This document shows positions 61,476-64,000 of a stretch of 64,000 nt of DNA, one piece after another; the first letter of the stretch is position 1, and every line of letters starts with the position of its first letter. The stretch is from Ranitomeya imitator (taxonomy: Eukaryota): contig NC_091285.1 in assembly GCF_032444005.1 (NCBI RefSeq), positions 651,682,001 to 651,746,000 of the forward strand, given 5' to 3'. The notes beneath the pieces were generated by a model. That model worked only from the letters and a program-made list of their open reading frames with translations. It searched no databases and was not told where the DNA came from. Both the position numbers and the translations under genes were made by a program.

Positions 61476-63381
61476 CTCTCGGCAAGACTCCAGCCCAACT
61501 CCCAGGTTGGGGGGCCGTCTTCTCCGTTTCAGGGACGTCTGGATTTCCGCAGTAGAGGATGCATGGGTCAGGGAAGTTGTGTCTTCGGGATACAAAATAG
61601 AGTTCGCCTCCCGACCCAGAGATCGTTTCTTCCAATCTCGTCCTCCAAAAGATCCCGCTTTGGTTCCGGGCTTCTTCGCAGCCATCGCTTCTCTGCTCAA
61701 ATCCGGGGTAATCGTTCCCGTCCCAGAAAAGGAACGGTACACGGGTTTCTACTCGAACCTCTTTGTGGTACCGAAAAAAGACGGCAAGGTTCGTCCCATT
61801 CTGGACCTCAAATTGTTGAACAGGAGGGTTCGCCTGAGACACTTCAGGATGGAATCCCTTCGTTCAGTAATTGCTTCCATGGAGGCTCAGGAATTTCTAT
61901 GCTCTATAGATATCCAGGACGCCTACCTACATGTTCCAATATTTCCCGGACATCACCGTTTCCTGCGCTTCGCAGTGCAACAAGATCATTTTCAGTTCGT
62001 CGCCCTGCCGTTCGGTCTCGCAACCGCGCCAAGGGTGTTCACGAAAATCATGGCGGCGCTGATGGCCATTTTGAGAGTCAGAGGCTTGGTTCTGTTTCCA
62101 TACCTCGACGACATCCTCATCAAGGCTCCGTCCTTTGCTCAGGCCCACGAAAGCTTGTCCATTGTTCTCGACACCTTATCCCGTTTCGGATGGCTGGTCA
62201 ACCGGAAGAAGTCCTGCCTTATTCCTTCTCAGCGCATCATCTTTCTGGGCATGCTCTTCGACACTCGTCAGTCCAGAGTCTTCCTTCCCAAGGACAAGAG
62301 ATCCACCCTTTGTCGGGACATTCTCTTGCTCCAGTGTCCTCGGCCTCCCTCCCTCCGATCGGCCATGAAGGTTCTGGGGAGGATGGTAGCTACCTTGGAA
62401 GCGATTCCCTTCGCCCAATTCCATTCTCGACCCCTTCAGCAAGCCATTCTGTCTCAGTGGGACAGGTCGGTCTTCTCCCTGGATCGGCCGATCAGACTCT
62501 CCTTTCGGGTCAAGCGGTCTCTCAACTGGTGGCTGACGTCTCCTCTCATCTCCCAGGGCAGGTCCTTCCTTCCGGTTCACTGGCAGGTGGTGACAACGAA
62601 TGCCAGCCTGATCGGCTGGGGTGCGGTTTTTCGCCACCTGACGGTTCAGGGCCGTTGGTCGCTGCAGGAGTCCGCGCTGCCGATCAACGTCCTCGAAATT
62701 CGGGCCATCTTTCTGTCCCTCCGCCATTGGGAAAGGATTCTCAGGGGCCTTCCAGTCCGGATCCAGACGGACAATGCCACGGCTGTGGCATATGTCAACC
62801 ATCAGGGGGGGACTCGGAGCTCCTTGGCCCTTGCCGAGGTGTCCAAGATCCTCCTTTGGGCAGAGGCAACGGTTCCGGTGATATCCGCGGTGCATATCCC
62901 CGGCGTAGAAAACTGGGCCGCCGACTTCCTCAGCCGCGAGGGTCTCGCGGCAGGGGAATGGTCCCTGCATCCGGAGGTCTTCCATCAGATTTGTCTTCGA
63001 TGGGGAACTCCGGATGTGGATCTCACGGCGTCTCGGATCAACAGGAAGGTTCCACAATTCGTCTCCAGGTCACGCGATCCTCTCGCAGTGGGCGTCGATG
63101 CTCTGGCCATTCCTTGGTCACAGTTCGAGCTGCCCTATCTGTTCCCACCCCTTCCATTACTTCCCAAACTGTTGAAGAAGATCAAAGCGGAAGGGGTGCC
63201 GGTCATCCTGATCGCCCCGGATTGGCCCAGGAGAGCTTGGTTCGCGGAGCTCGTCAACCTTCTCGCGGACGCTCCCTGGTGCCTTCCAGACAGGCCCGAT
63301 CTGCTGTCCCAGGGTCCGATCTGCCACCCGAATTCTCGGTCGCTCAGTTTAACGGCGTGGCTGTTGAGACCGCGGTTCTAA
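61471..63381 (+). CDS. DIRS ORF2: reverse transcriptase, RNase H and methyltransferase-like domain (true start uncertain; frame open from 61009)
   Basis: FVVPKKDG..RPILDL, IDIQDAY, LPFGL, YLDD; RNase H TTNAS/LEIRA/TDN/AADFLSR; MT-like YLFPP...ILIAPDWP. Confidence 0.92.
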   Translation, partial: HDSRQDSSPTPRLGGRLLRFRDVWISAVEDAWVREVVSSGYKIEFASRPRDRFFQSRPPKDPALVPGFFAAIASLLKSGVIVPVPEKERYTGFYSNLFVVPKKDGKVRPILDLKLLNRRVRLRHFRMESLRSVIASMEAQEFLCSIDIQDAYLHVPIFPGHHRFLRFAVQQDHFQFVALPFGLATAPRVFTKIMAALMAILRVRGLVLFPYLDDILIKAPSFAQAHESLSIVLDTLSRFGWLVNRKKSCLIPSQRIIFLGMLFDTRQSRVFLPKDKRSTLCRDILLLQCPRPPSLRSAMKVLGRMVATLEAIPFAQFHSRPLQQAILSQWDRSVFSLDRPIRLSFRVKRSLNWWLTSPLISQGRSFLPVHWQVVTTNASLIGWGAVFRHLTVQGRWSLQESALPINVLEIRAIFLSLRHWERILRGLPVRIQTDNATAVAYVNHQGGTRSSLALAEVSKILLWAEATVPVISAVHIPGVENWAADFLSREGLAAGEWSLHPEVFHQICLRWGTPDVDLTASRINRKVPQFVSRSRDPLAVGVDALAIPWSQFELPYLFPPLPLLPKLLKKIKAEGVPVILIAPDWPRRAWFAELVNLLADAPWCLPDRPDLLSQGPICHPNSRSLSLTAWLLRPRF

Positions 63382-63416
63382 GAGCGTCCGGCCTTTCGGA
63401 CCGGGTGATTCACACC

Positions 63417-64000
63417 ATGATTCAGGCTCGGAAGCCTTCGTCTTCCAGGATCTACTACCGCACCTGGAAGGCCTACTTCCGTTGGTGCGAGTCCAACCGC
63501 GTGCCGCCTATGGTTTTTTCCCTGCCTTCTCTTTTGGCCTTCCTTCAGGCAGGACTGGATTCGGGCCTGGCTCTTAGTTCCCTGAAGGGTCAGGTCTCTG
63601 CGCTTTCCATCCTCTTTCAGAAGACCTTGGCCTCTCGGCCACAGGTTAAGACCTTCTTTCAGGGGGTAGCCCACGCCGTCCCGCCGTACAGGGCCCCTGT
63701 GGAGGCATGGGACCTAAACCTGGTACTGGACGTTTTGAAGGTTTCTCCCTTTGAACCTCTTAGGGAGATTCCTCTATCAGTTTTATCTTGGAAGGTGGCC
63801 TTTCTTGTGGCCATCACGTCCATTCGCCGCGTTTCCGAGCTGGCGGCACTGTCTTGCCGCCCTCCGTTTTTGGTCATTCACCAGGACAAGGTGGTCTTCC
63901 GACCTCCACCTTCTTTTCTTCCTAAGGTGGTTTCCACCTTCCACCTCAACGAGGACATCGTTCTACCTTCCTTTTGTCCAGCTCCGACTCATCCTCTGGA
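63417..64000 (+). CDS. DIRS ORF3 tyrosine recombinase, runs off the window
   Basis: MIQARKPSSSRIYYRTWKAY...WDLNLVL...AITSIRRVSEL; no stop before the window end. Confidence 0.88.
   Translation, partial: MIQARKPSSSRIYYRTWKAYFRWCESNRVPPMVFSLPSLLAFLQAGLDSGLALSSLKGQVSALSILFQKTLASRPQVKTFFQGVAHAVPPYRAPVEAWDLNLVLDVLKVSPFEPLREIPLSVLSWKVAFLVAITSIRRVSELAALSCRPPFLVIHQDKVVFRPPPSFLPKVVSTFHLNEDIVLPSFCPAPTHPL

Larger units (their letters stand above)
58600..64000 (+). mobile_element. DIRS1-like tyrosine-recombinase retrotransposon in KCTD9 intron 2; 3' end lies outside the window
   Basis: TTT-initiated terminal repeat followed by gag, RT/RH/MT and YR ORFs. Confidence 0.92.

Overview
Vertebrate genomic DNA, most likely from a frog (inferred from the repeat families and gene order). 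Two host genes sit head-to-head. CDCA2 (Repo-Man) is on the minus strand: 13 well-supported coding exons from ATG 50007 to stop 33109 (about 1000 aa), plus a 5' UTR exon ending at 55490. KCTD9 is on the plus strand, with exons 1-2 at 56238-56909. The shared promoter carries tandem CHR, CCAAT, NRF1 and YY1 motifs. The rest is largely transposon-derived. An 8.3-kb Harbinger (spliced transposase plus MADF/BESS gene, with a telomere-like minisatellite and a Helitron inside) is nested in a fold-back Penelope-like element (PLE) that has a 14-bp TSD. A near-intact DIRS element lies in KCTD9 intron 2 and runs off the window. There are also a solo LTR, L1, CR1, Tc1, hAT, SINE and MITE copies, and several tandem arrays, including a 4.8-kb 83-bp satellite with higher-order structure. 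The most unusual item is a back-to-back pair of intact-looking minimal hammerhead ribozymes in a CDCA2 intron (37619-37712). All homology calls come from manual translation and recalled family motifs; no database search was run.
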